Positions 10,217-23,100 of a DNA stretch of 64,000 bases are shown here, piece after piece. A program made the translations under genes and the position numbers. Positions within the stretch are counted from its first letter, which is position 1; each line of letters starts with the position of its first letter. The notes beneath the pieces were generated by a model. That model was not told the origin of the DNA. It saw only the letters and a program-made list of their open reading frames with translations, and did not search any database. Origin of the DNA: Vermamoeba vermiformis (lineage: Eukaryota); NCBI GenBank assembly GCA_045837725.1, contig JBEWZL010000089.1, positions 1 through 64,000 of the forward strand. Direction: 5' to 3'.

Positions 10217-13010
10217 TCACATCATCTGCGAGTCGTACGGCTTGGCACCGAGTGACTGGTTCTTGGCAGATTGTTTGGGTGGTTTCTTGTAGTGCTTGGA
10301 GAGCAGCTTGTCCTTGTTGTGCTTGAAGTAGATGCGCTTCTCATTCACATCGGTCTTCATCTGCAGCAGATGTGTCAGCGAGGGGTTCTGACCGAGGAAG
10401 TCCACCAGCGTCTTCTTCTTGTCCGCAGTGTCGTCAGGCTGTATCAGATAGTGGCGCACATTGCCCTGCCACTTGTACGTGATCACAAACTCGCCGTCGA
10501 GTCGTTCGCTCATGCGGATCATGAATGTGCCGTTGGACTCGTTGATCAGTTGTTCTTCTGCTTCGGGACCCGTGACAAATGCGCACAAGAATCTGAATAT
10601 AGAATCATGAGCAGGTGTTACATGCAGTGTGTGGCACACGAGAGACATACCCGTTCTCAAACAGCCACAGCAAGTACTTCTGATAGCGCACTTTCTTGAG
10701 CGCAGGGCCCACCCAGTCCCAGAACTTCTCGTATTCTTTTTGCGTCAACATCTTCTTCTCCGCTGCAAGCAGTGCTGTTAGTACATTGCGAGTGCTACGT
10801 GCACGATGATACGTACCAAAGGGTTTCTTGAACTTGGCCTTGATCATGTAGTCAAAGTCAGTGATGTACAGTGGGCGTCGTATATTCGAAATGTCTTGTT
10901 TGGTGCTCATCAAGAAGTGCTTCTGAAAGTAGTTCCAGAAGCGTTGAATGGAGATCTCGAAGCTGTCCTTGAAGCAGTCTTCTTTCAGCCACGCACCTGC
11001 TGCGTCTTTCCACTGCGAGCCCGTGTTGGTCATGGAGATGAAGGGCTTGGAGGCCACGGACTCGATGGTGCGTGTGATGGTCTGGTTGTCAATCACCACT
11101 TGCAGCACCACGCGGAACTTGATGCGCACCAAATTAGGGAATGTGCCACTCTGGAACTTGAGATCGTTGAAGACCGCCACGCCGTTCTCGTTGAACACTT
11201 GCTTGGCATTCTCGAGGTCTGCATTGTTGCGCTTGATGCGCTGCGAGGACTCGTAGAGCTCAGGCTGAATCGGACCACTGTGCACCTGCTGGACGGTGGC
11301 ACCAGTGAGCAGTCGAATGGTGAAGGGACCGATGGGCTTGTCTTTGAAGATCGGACCAGCTTGTTCTTGCACCACGCCCAAGTAGACGGGCACTTCGCGC
11401 GTGGGCAACATCATCGGGTGTCGCAGCTGTTCCACATCCATCTCGTAGAGTGCAATCTGCGGCAAGAGATAGGTCTCAATGAACTCCTCGAGCGACTGCA
11501 GTGTCTTCATGTCCTTGGCGAGCAAGAACTGCGTGTTGACGAGCTGATCGAACTCGTCCAAGTAGGTCTCGAGTTCATTGCGCAGCTCTTGTTGCTCCTG
11601 TTCAATGCCGTTCAAATCGTTCTGCATGATACGCATGCGCATCGTCTTGAGCTTGTTCTCCACCGTGCGCAGTCGATAGAGGTAGTGGTTGTTGTTCAAC
11701 TTCTCCACGGGGGGAATGGAGGGCTGGGCAGGGGGTTCTGCATTCTCTGCGTCACTCGCGCTGTGCTCGTTGTCCTCGTCTTCATCGTGCTCCACCGAGT
11801 CGCGCTTGCTCTTGGCCACGCGTTTGTTCTTGCGCGGCGGTGAACTCTTCTCGGCCTCCTCGCCCTGTCCGCTGTAATTGATCTGCGTGCGCTGTCGCTT
11901 GACAGGCGGGTACTCCTCGCTGGAGGACATGCTGGGATTGGCGTTGAGTGCGCTGGGCAGCTTGTTGACGACTGTCGCGCCTGCATTGAGCGGTGCAATC
12001 ATCTGACTGCCCTTCATCATCGGATGTGCATTGTACCCGCCATTGACGGCACCACCAGCCATCATATGCTGCTCCATCATATAGGACATGTTGTTGGGAT
12101 TGTTCTGAGGCACACCCGGTGAGTTCTCGTAGCCACCAGTGAGCATTGCAGTCAGCATGGAGGACGGTGAGGCACCTGGAAAACAGCGATTAGCCACTAT
12201 AATTAGAGCAGTGTATTAACAATAAGGTAACTTACTGAACTGAGGGTTGCCGTTTGGACCTTGTGGATTTGCGCCGTTTGGCGCTGATCGGATTTGATTT
12301 CTTTCTCTTGCGTCGAGTTGATCAATACCATAATCAGCACCAGAACTGTTGCTATAATATGATTCTGTCAGTTACAAGAATTTGTGCGTGTGGCATTTGC
12401 GGGGATAAGTTTATAATCGTTTCACTGAAAATAGTCCGAAGGAGGCGCGGCAAACTTACATTTGTTGCATCATGTTGGTAGGTACTTGTTGGTCCTCATA
12501 ATATGGGACTTGAGCTCCATCAAATGGATTGTCGCTGCGTTTTCGCTTTTGGCCCTTAGAATCCATTGGGATCTGCTCCAATAATTTAAATTAATATACT
12601 AGCATCTGGAAAATTAACTACAATAAATATGGACACCAAATATCGCACTAAAATGTAAATATTATTTTCTCTGAATGGCGAGTTAATGAACCATTCTCGG
12701 CAGCGTTGGTTGGGGTTCGATCCATTACCTGGAATTAGCTAGCTACTGATTGGAATAGGGACCACTTGTGGTAGCTGAAGTTATAAAAATAAACAACTAT
12801 CGGTGGTTGCGAAAACAAGGTATTCAGTAAACGCGCCAGGTTCCAAACGTTCATGAAAAATACGCATCAAGCAGCACGTGACTTGCCTAATTTAGAAACA
12901 TGAGCAAGCAATTTCACGAAACCTGCCTGAAACCACGATGATGATCACAAAGAGGAGATACGTTTCATGAATGATGATCAATACTTTACCGCGTTTTGCT
13001 TGCCTTTCAT
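10217..13010 (-). CDS. STAT-family transcription factor (coiled coil, Ig-fold DNA-binding domain, linker, SH2); 5' exons uncertain
   Basis: SH2 GTFMIRMSER..VRHYLI, DNA-binding domain AVFNDLKFQSGT..ESVASKPFISMTN, C-terminal Tyr (PYDSQ); N/M/P-rich N-terminus as in Dictyostelium STATs. Confidence 0.9.
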
Positions 13011-13215
13011 CCAGTTTGATTTCCGCTGAGAGCGCACCAATACCGCTTGTACGTTTCAATCGCTAGCAATTCGGCCTATATCAAGCATGATTAGTTCACT
13101 TCTTATGATACCCTCGAGGGGTGTTGTTTCGGTTACCTTTGCCATTCAATTTTAATTCACGGCACGAATCCAACAGTTAGAGTACCGCGGTCTATTCAAT
13201 CACCGTGTAGTAGTC

Positions 13216-15471
13216 ATGAATGCGCAAGAGACTAGTGCGCTCTTGACCTCTTTGCAGGCCATGTTCCCGCAGCTGCCGCACAGCACGATCCAATCTGCAG
13301 TTCAGAGCGCCAAGTCTAACGACGAGGCCATCAATATGTTATTGGAAATTCAAACTAAACAGGAGAGGTAACGGTTATTAGATCCGAGTACTGGCGCGAT
13401 TGAATTAGTTGTTATCGAAATTTAGCAAAACTGAAAAATATTTAATCGAATTTACTCCGCAGTGCCAGCGACGCACCCGCCACGAGCACCAAGCCAGACA
13501 ATGCACAAATCGTTGTTGCAAGTACCACTGAGCCAGCAAAAGAGGACAAACAAAGGGCGCGAGGTCGATCGGTGGTCAGTCGTTCCGAGGCACTCAAGCG
13601 CGCACTGAGCGAGTTACATGAGCGCGACTTGCGCCACTGGTCCACGAGCGAGCTGTTGGAGCTCAATCATCTGCTCGCCTCCACTTCGCTGCTCGTCACT
13701 ACGCAGATGCAGTCTCGATTGGGCATCAAGCCGCAACACGATGAAAGTGAGACTATAAATAGCACCAATTCACTGAACAGCAGTGCCAGTCACGTGCACA
13801 CACCGCTCACTGGCAGCAACGGAAATTCACCGCGTGTACGACGACGTCAAGATTCAGTGAACAGCGTATCACGTGACAGTACAGGGACACGTGACAGCAC
13901 AGGAGCACGTGACAGCACAGGAGCACGTGACAGCACGGGAGCACGTGACAGCAACGACGACGAGTGGGTGGTGATGGAGGGTCAGCCACGTGCCACCGAG
14001 TCCTCCACACTCAAATCCACGCTGCAGAAATTGACCGCGTGCAGTGTCAAGGGCTGTACTAATTTGGGCAATGAATCGTGTCCGAGATGCAAGGCGAGAT
14101 TTTGTCGAGATCACGCGAGTCTGCTGATGACATCTACCCACGTGACGCGCGGTCAAGTGCTGTGTTTGACATGCTGCGATGACATGGTGCAGAAGATTGG
14201 TGTCACGCGCACTCACACAGGTCAGCATTGTAGCACTGTGTTTATATAGTAGATATATATATATAGATATGATACTTGTATATGTGCAAGAACTAAGCAC
14301 GTGATGTCACACAGGCCTCTATTTGACACTGCGCCACAACTTGAATGGCACGGCAAATGAACTCGTGCAAACACATCGCGACAAGATGCAGCCGCGCATC
14401 AAAGAGCTGGCGAGTGTAAGTGATTCATGAATGAGGTGTTCAGTGAATGGCGAGCTGATGCTAAAAATAGAAACCGTTCAATCCGATCGATTCACTGACC
14501 TCCATGCTGCCGTTCAACAACTTGATTTTGACTAATAAGGACACTTGGACCACGTGCTCGCAGTGCGGGTCAGTAGTTGACAGCTACCACATTGACACGT
14601 GTCACTGATTCATCTACCAGGGCCTATTTTGATCGTCTGTCACTCAAGCGGCCCTGTCGCATCTGTCCGCAAGTGTTCTGCGTACGACACACGTGACCAG
14701 TCAGCGGCGTGGCTAATCGTAGTATTGTTATTATGTAGGGGCGCTGTGACTCGCAGCTGCAAGTGCGCAGTTTCAACGTGAAAGAACTGTTCAGTGAACT
14801 GCCGTCACGTGTCATTGAAGAGGAGGTCTGCGCCAAGTGCAAACGTGTCATTGACAAGATGCGCCGCAAGAACAAGTGGCACGTGATTCAAGAACAGTTT
14901 GCAGCCAAGTATGGACTGTGCTTAGTGCGGCATTCACTGAATTAACCGAGCTATTTTTAGACCTGTGGTGCAGATCTGCAGCAACAAGTTCGACAAGTAC
15001 CTCAAACTGAAAGCTGAATCTCAGCGCGATCTCGACGAAGATGCAAAGAAACAGCTGATCAGTGACGCACGTGCCCTGGCTGAAGAACTGCAAACATTGC
15101 TGATCGATCAGGCCAAGGTGCTCACTCAAGCGGAATTACTGTTGTTTGCACGTCTGCGACAGAGCGTGATGCTATTTATAGCACAGCTGAGAGACGATAG
15201 GACAATGGAAGATTGGAGTGTGATATTGCCTAATAAGGAAAAGATCATGACGATGAGCGTGCCCATCCAAGTCAGTCGCGAAGAAGTGATGACGTCATCG
15301 CCCAGTCCTAAAAATAACCTCAATCGCATGCACTCGTCCATCGTACTGGGTGAAAAAGACACAACGAGTGCAAAGACTGGTTTGACACGTGTCAGCTCGG
15401 TGGTGTTGACTGCCAAACACGGCACTTCTCCGCCCCACTCACCACCGCACGAGGAGGACACATTCGAGTAA
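13216..15471 (+). CDS. CUE-domain and Cys/His zinc-finger (FYVE/B-box-like) protein, multi-exon
   Basis: N-terminal LQAMFPQL..AINMLLE (CUE); several CxxC clusters (CPRCKARFCRDH, CLTC, CRICPQVFCVRH, CAKC). Confidence 0.7.
13870..13953 (+). repeat. In-frame 18-bp tandem repeat (~4.7 copies) encoding RDSTG(A/T)
   Basis: cacgtgacagcacaggag units visible directly. Confidence 0.95.
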
Positions 15472-15682
15472 ATAAAATGTATTATAGTATGAAATAGCAT
15501 GGAATAGCATATTGTCTATTCGGCTTTATTTGCAAACAACAATATCACGCAGCTAATGAGGTCGAGTGCGCCAATCATCGTGGTCAGTGACCTCCTCGTG
15601 GTCCAGTGCGGTCCTAGCTGAAGGTTTGCGTTAAGTAGTCGAGTTGCCTCGCTGTGCTCTCCAAGGTGAAGCTTGCTACTTA

Positions 15683-17039
15683 TTATTGCTTCAAGTCACC
15701 AAACAGGGTCACTGAGGGCACCATTGACACGTGTCACTCGTGCTCTACCTCTAGCTGCAGTGTTCTAATGTAGCGCTCTCGTTGTGACACATTGCCACTG
15801 ACACCACCTGTTCATAAATGTAATTTGGTTAGTCACGAATGGCAGGTGTCAAACACTGACCTGTGTGAATGTACAGCAGTTCTGAAGTGTCAAACAGCGA
15901 CTCTTGTTCGAAAATTGCGCGCCAAGCTTTCAGTGAATAGACCTGTCAGGTGTCAAAATCGTTGCAGTACGGTGACTGACGCTTACCATATCGAAGTCGA
16001 TACCAAATTTGGCAATTGTTTGGTGCACTTCCCACAAATCACGATGTGGCTTGGCAAATCTGTATCTGTGTTTGGTGGTCAGCACGTGGGGCAGCGTGTC
16101 AATGCCCGAAGTGTCTGTTTGACACTTTGACATGCGTGTCATGTCATCCAACAGACTTTGCACGTCACTCACAACTGGCACTGCGTAGACTGTGACGCGG
16201 GTCTGGGTTTGACACGTGTCACGGAGCATTCTCTGCAAATAGTGATGTACAAAATAGGCAGTGGCACCTGTCCCAGCAGGTACAACAATTGACACGTGTC
16301 GCTGTGGCAGATGTGTCGTGATAAATTCGTGCAAACTTTGCGCGAGCTGTTTGATGCCGAATTCAGCGGCCATGAATTCTTCCGCTCGACCTATTTTTAG
16401 CTGTGCATCCCTCGCTGGGTACTCTAAACTGTGAAAGGGTCAGATTCAGTGAACAAAAATTTCAGTGAATGGCATACAATCGCTGATGGGCCTCGGCTTC
16501 AGTTTGACACTCGATCACGTGTGCTCCGAGATTTCGCGTCACGTGCCAGTTACTGTCCGCAGTGCTGTCGAGGGCGCGAGGACTGACACGCCTGTCAACA
16601 CGAGAAGTCAGTGCGAGCGAGGAATTGACACGTGTCACAGAGCGTACTTGGTGAAGTAAGTGAACTGCGCGTTGAATTCGCGCGCCAAATGAGCCGCAGC
16701 GAGCATGAGATTGGATTGATTGCCGCCATAACTCACCACTGTGCGCCACCGCTGCGGATTGACACGCAGTTCATGAATAAAATAGTGGAGCTTGCGGTAT
16801 TTATTGCCGGGATAATAGGGCGATAAGAGGTCATCGCGTTTAATATAAATTAATTTTTTGTTGTATTCGACCACATCCACTGGTGAATCGCCAGTCTGTG
16901 GAGTATTAGTCTTATTAGAGCGGTATGAAAATATAAGTAAACAATTGCAACTTACCTCTATTCGTGTGAGTGAACTCTTGAATCGACAATGGCTTACACC
17001 ACATCTACGACGAACCGAGTGCACTAATTGTCGGAGCAT
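15683..17039 (-). CDS. PLP-dependent ACC deaminase / D-cysteine desulfhydrase family protein; 3' end approximate
   Basis: IYIKRDDL..GNKYRKL, SYGGNQSN, VVPAGTGATA, HTGGVSG motifs; possible N-terminal presequence. Confidence 0.85.
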
Positions 17040-17148
17040 TAAACAACTACTTGTTTCAATGTGGTGGACTCAATACAATAGCGTATTATTGTAAGAACAA
17101 CAGTTTATTTACAAGTGACTGTACAAATCTACCAGGGCACTTGCCTAA

Positions 17149-20100
17149 TTAGGGCAATGACAGCAGTGCGCGGTCGAGTGGTTCAGTGCACGCTGCACGT
17201 GCCAGTCGAAGTAATTCCGCCGTGTCCGCGAGAGTCTTGTTCGGATCCGTCAACCAGGGCAGCACTCCGTTGAACAGCGTCGCGTACTGGCTCAGCGGAG
17301 AATTAGCTGCTGCGTACTGCGCGAGAAGTGTTGCCATTTTAGGCGCATCACGTGACAGAGGCTGCTGTCTCGTACGCACGGTCTTGCTGTCACACTGTGA
17401 CTTGAGCCACGCGCTGAGAGTGAGCGCGACAGCACGGACAGCGGGGGGATGACTGTACGCACTCATACCAAAAAAGGCAATCAGTCCGCCACCTTCACGG
17501 GCATCTGCGAATTTGTGCAACCATTCCGCAAGGTGATAGAGCGCGGTGACAGCTTTGTCGGAGGTGAGTGTTTGACACTTGTCGTAGAGCAGTTGAATGG
17601 TCTTGGACACGAGCAGCAACACTTTCATCTCTTTGCCTTTTATGGTGCGAATCTGATTCGTCCAGATCATCAGCTTGCTCAGCAGAATGTCAATCTGTGA
17701 CACTTCGTGCGGTACTCGGTTTGACACTTGCGACACAAAGGTGCAAAGAATGATCGCGGCACCGCTCTCGACACAGTGCTGCAAAAATACATCTTGCCCG
17801 ATCTAAATATAGCGCGGTTAGTCGATACAGCTGCAAATATTCAGTGAATTCAGACGTACATCAGGCACGAGCAATGCGTGCTGCAAACGCGTCCAGTTCT
17901 GATGCAGCAACAGATCTGCCTCGAGACACGCTTCAATCAGCGCGACTTGTTTCTGCTCCGAGGCAATGGACAGCGCGCAGGCACGCACCAGGTACAGCGC
18001 TGTGGCCTGCCAGATCGGAGCACGTGCCTCCAAGTGCTGAATGAGGTCGCTGAGTGACACTTTGTCCGTGAGATTGAACACGCGCAACAACACGTGCAGC
18101 AGTGTCGTGATCAATTCTTCCGCGCGCGCACTCTCCGCACCTCCGAGCAGACCTAGCAGTGTGCCAGTCACGTGCTCGACGGCTTGGATCACGTGACTGA
18201 CCATGTGCGCACTCACGGCATTGCCTATTATGGGCAAGGAAATGAATGCGGCCACGAGGGCGGTGTGACACTGAATGCGCGGAATTTCGAGTGAAATCAC
18301 GTGATTGATCAGTGCTTCGGCGTGTGTGATCACGTGATTGATCTGCTGAATTGGTGCAAACACTGCGCCGATGAAATCTACGATAGCAGTGACACGTGTC
18401 GCAAATGTCGCGTCACGTGCCATCTCTTGTGTGACAGGGCGGTAGCGATCGATGAGATAAATTTGGAACACGTTCAATTCTTGCAAAGTCTTGTCGGTCA
18501 CGAGGTGCCAGGGATAATTGCGTGCCAGAGCGAAGAACGGATCCAAATCGAGCAGTGGTGGCACATTGTCAGCGTGCACCGTGAGGTACGCGAGACAGCA
18601 CGACAGCAGCAGGGCCCAATAGCGCTCTGAGACCTCGCTGACTCTCTCCCAGGGCACTTGGCGCAGCACGTGACGCAGCGAGAAGAACAGCAGCAACGGC
18701 TTCTTGTCACGTGACTGCACGCTGTCGTCGTTGTAGTGGTAGTACAGATTGACGAGTGACAGCAGTTGTTCCGAGGTCTGCGCGTCAGGTGTCAACTCCT
18801 GCCAGGCCACGTGATCGAACATGTCGCAGAACAGCTCGACTTGGTGCGGTGCCAGCAGCGAGGTCATGCGTGTGACACCTGTCACTGGATCGTGCGCGAG
18901 TTCTTTGGCACACCACCACTGCCACAGTCTATTTATAGCGCGGTGGTGGGGCAGCAGTTTGTGATAGGTTGCGAGGTGTGCCATCAGTGCTGTCAACACG
19001 TCACGTGCTTCGCGCTGTTGTTCCGCACTCCACGCTGGCATTGTGTTCTCTTTCACGGGGAACAGCCAGCAGTCGTAGAAAGTGAGCATTGCTATATTTG
19101 GCAAGGTGAGTTCAGTGCTGGTCACTCATTGACAGGTGTCACTTACCGTCCAGCAGCGCGGTGTCGTTGAAGCCAGGCTCTTTGAGACATTCAGTGAACA
19201 GTCTGTCAAACAGCTGGAACAATTTCTCGCGATAACTTTGCAACACTTCGTACAGCGTGTGTTGTTTTTTCTAAATTAGGCAGTCAGTACGCGTATATAC
19301 CTAATCGGGCAATGTTACTTACGTGTCGCTTGATGGTCATCAAGTACTGATTTAACCAAATTAGGATGTTGATCAGTTGCGCAGATTTGAGTCGTTCACT
19401 GAACGGCAGTGCCAGGATGATGTCCCAGACACGTGGATCAATCTTCGCGCGACGTGATTGGTCCGCCACGAACTGCAGAGTGGCGTGCACGTGACGCGGC
19501 CAATCAGCACGTGACAGCAGTGCGAAGTGCGACAGCGTGACCTGGAGCGGGAGATCGAGCACTGACCCTGGTGGCGCACTCTTGGCGGCCACACTGCCCG
19601 ATAAGGTAATCAGCTGCGCGACATCAGTGACAGCAGGGCCCGTGCTCAGCCATCGCGCGACATCAAAGCGGCGGAACAATGTCGCGGTCAACTGCGGGTC
19701 AAATTTAGTCACGTGCTCGACTGCAATCTTGTAGCACGTGATGAACTGGTCGGGGGCTATATTTGGATTGAAGTGGTCGACGAACAGTTGCAAAGACTTG
19801 CTGTCGCGCAACACACTGGTCATGAACTGCGTCACGTGCTGCGCTGCTGTCGCCAAGTAGTCACGTGCCAGCTGAGTGAGCACGTGCTCGAACAACATGC
19901 GACTCGGAGGATAGGCCGAGACAGCAGCATTCATGGCATTGTGCATCCAAAAATAGAGCATGGTGGCACTGTCGAAGAATTCTTTTCGCTTCTGCGCGTC
20001 ACTCTCGCTCTCGTAGCGTGCTGTCAACTGCAGTACTGTCAACTCCACGGTCAGCGGGTGCACGCACAGCTCTTCGTCCACCACGTAGTCCACGTGCGCA

Positions 20101-23100
20101 GTCATCTCGTGCAGGTTGTCGACCAGGGCCTTGCTGTTCTCGTTCACTGCGCGCTCTTGAATTTGACACACAAATTCCACCGGTCGCGCGCACGAGGGGC
20201 CGCACGACATGACTTTGCGCAAATGTTTCAGCTCCACGCGCCACAACGATTGCAATCTCGTGCGGAGATCGCGCAGCAGTGCTTCGTGCTCCGTGCGGCG
20301 TGTCTCGTGGCGTGCAGCAGCAGTGACCAGGGCCGAGGCGTGGTGAGTGACATTTGACACTTGTGACAGTGGCAGTCGCGTGGCACGTGGCGCAGTGTTG
20401 CTATATTTGGGTGGTGGCAACACACCCTCGGGAAGAATTGGTCCGGGGGCCGATGGTGTCACTGCGTCACGTGACTCTGGCACGGGGTTGTTGACAGGCA
20501 CGTGATTGACATTGTTGTTGTTGGGCAAGTGTGGTGCGGGTGCCTGATTGACATTGTTGACAGGCACGTGATTGACATTAGTGTTGGACTTGACACGTGT
20601 CAGTGGCACGGTGTATTGTTCCGTCCACGTCTGCCAGCTGACTGCATCAAACGAGAGCTGTTCATGAATCAGTGGCAAATTCACTGAATCCCACCACAGA
20701 GTCTGCGTAGTGACACCTGTCAATAGCGTCATGACACGCGCAGGCTGCAAATGAGGAGGCAGTTCGGCGAGTTGTGACACGTGCCAGTCATCCCAGTCAA
20801 TTTTGATCCACTCGTGCATGGCTAAATATAGCTCCGACAGTGTCACGTGCAGCTGATAAATGTAGCGCTGGTTTTCTGCGAAATTCTCTTGCAATTTCTT
20901 GGCCTGCGTCGTGTGATGATCAGTCAAATATTCCAGGCGCTGTATGATGGCATCACGTGACGATCTGCAAATGAAAGATGGTTAGTGACACGTGTCAAGA
21001 AGTGTCAAACAGCGTACTTGAGCTTGTCGTGACGCAGCAGCACGTGACCGAACACGCGCCCTTCAGTGGTGACGGAAAAATACTGCGCGAAGAACAGTTG
21101 CCAGTAGAGCGGAGTAATGGGCTGGCTCGGATCTAATAATAGCGCACGCTTCATGACACGTGTCATCAGCCAGTCTGTCTCTTTGATGCGCAGATCTTTC
21201 AGCGCCTGTTTCACTGAAACGCGTTTGATGGCAGTCAATTCACCGAACTTGAGCCAATTGTCGCGCTCAGTGCCCTGGTCGATGAGCACCACGAGCAGTG
21301 TCAGCCAGGGATGTTTGACTAATTTGGGATCTTTTTCGGAGATCAAGTGCGAGATGAACTTGTTGGCCTCTTTGAGTCCGGACACGAGCCACGTCAGCAC
21401 GGAGGGACTGCTCGGCTGTGCTGTCCTGCAAATGACACGTGTCAATCAGTGAACTGCGCAGTGCTCGACGAGTGACACTTACTTGTGCGCGACATTGAGC
21501 TGTGCCACCAACTGCATCACGTGCTCGAGTGCATTGAGCGTGACAGCGTGCTTGACGAGCTGATCGACGAGCACGTGATGAGAACTGGCACGGTGCCACT
21601 CACTGTTGGCGCAGAACATCTTCAGCCAGAACAGCAGCACATTGCCGGCTTGAGGGGCCACGTGCTCGTGTTGTGTGACACGTGTCAACTGCGCGGTGAT
21701 GAGACTGACCAGCAGCGCACCAGTCACATTCGCGCCACGTGATGTCAGTGCTGTCAACCGCTCATTCACTGAACTGCTCACTTCGAACTCGCTCTGCAAC
21801 AGCGGCTGTGACAGGTGTCAATTCACGTCAAGTATCACACAGCGGTACGTACCTCGATGACGTCACGTGCGAGGGCGGTGTGCCAGGGCTGTATCTCGTT
21901 CGGGGAGATTGCAGCGAGATCAGGGCCCTGGTCAGCGAGCACGCGCAACAAGAGCTGCAGCTGTTTGTGCTGCAAGAGGGCCTTGCACAGCGTGTCAAAC
22001 AGCGCGCGTGTGTTGAGGGTGTGCGTGCCGATCACGTGCTCAACAGCGGCACGTGGACTGGCGAGATCAGTGAGCTGCAGCAGGAGATAGACCAGACTCG
22101 GCTCGGCACTGTGCACGAGGGCGGTCTCGCTGCTCTTGCTCTTGTCTTCGTAGCTCTTGAACACGTGCTGTCAACTTGTCAGTGCTGTCTTGGGACACCT
22201 GCAAATATTACCTTATATAGCTCGCTCAGCTGCGGGTCTGACAGCTCAAAAGCAATGAGCAGTCGCTGATTGGCCAAAGTGTGAAATTTCATGTGCAGCA
22301 CAGTGTGTCTGGCCCACTCGAGATATTTGTCGATCAGCTTCGAGGTCTGATAGCCAAATATGGAAAGTGATTCTTGACGCGAGCGGTGATATGCAACACT
22401 CTGTGACGGGATTAGATACAAAAATAAGTGCAAAGATACCACGTACCTTGCCGAGGATGAGTGCCAAGTTGCGGTGAATGGCTGGCTCTAAAAATAGCTC
22501 GCGTGCATCGAGATTCCATTGCCAATTTAGGTTATCAAAGATATACTGCGCTAATTGCACTAAATGGCCGTCGAGCGGTGTTTGCAGCCATTCTTCGAGC
22601 AGGGCTAGATCTTCTTTCACGGGCTTGTAACCATAAAAGGAAATCGATTTGAACAAGTGCAAACACCCTTGACCAACAGCGGCAATGTTGTCGCGCACGT
22701 ACTGCATCAGAGTGCCGATCTAAAAATAGAGCGTGAGAGATGAATAACTCGTATGGATGGTACTTACCATATTTGGATGTGTGGCGCAAATTTCTGCAAT
22801 CAACTCCCGCACTGACTTGTAGTACACACCACGTGTCTTGGGGTGTGCATATGCGACTATAAATAGCTCGTGCATGATGACACGTGACAGCTGCACGTAG
22901 GGCGAGTCAGTGGTGGCAATTGCCATTTTAGCGAGTGCGTGCAAGAGATATTCCGCATTGGTGTCATTGCATCTATTCGCCAAGAATTCGCGATGTGCGC
23001 TATTTTTAGGGTCTTTGATGAATGCTAGCCACGCAGAGAGCCCCAAATTAGGCAATTCTACATGCAGGTCGGTGCCCGCAAATGTGACAAAAAAGAGCTG

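Noticed and set aside
10763-10816. Apparent 18-aa insertion in the STAT linker
   Set aside because: It is a 54-nt stop-free GT-AG intron with a CTAAC branch site
10806-11843. 345-aa plus-strand ORF and many similar antisense or alternate-frame ORFs
   Set aside because: Shadow ORFs opposite GC3-rich genes (STAT, EPG5 and others); no recognisable motifs
12935-13030. Possible C/D snoRNA (ATGATGA...CTGA)
   Set aside because: No convincing rRNA guide or terminal stem; overlaps the likely first STAT exon/intron on the other strand
13870-13953. CRISPR-like array
   Set aside because: Contiguous 18-bp coding repeat with no unique spacers, in a eukaryotic gene
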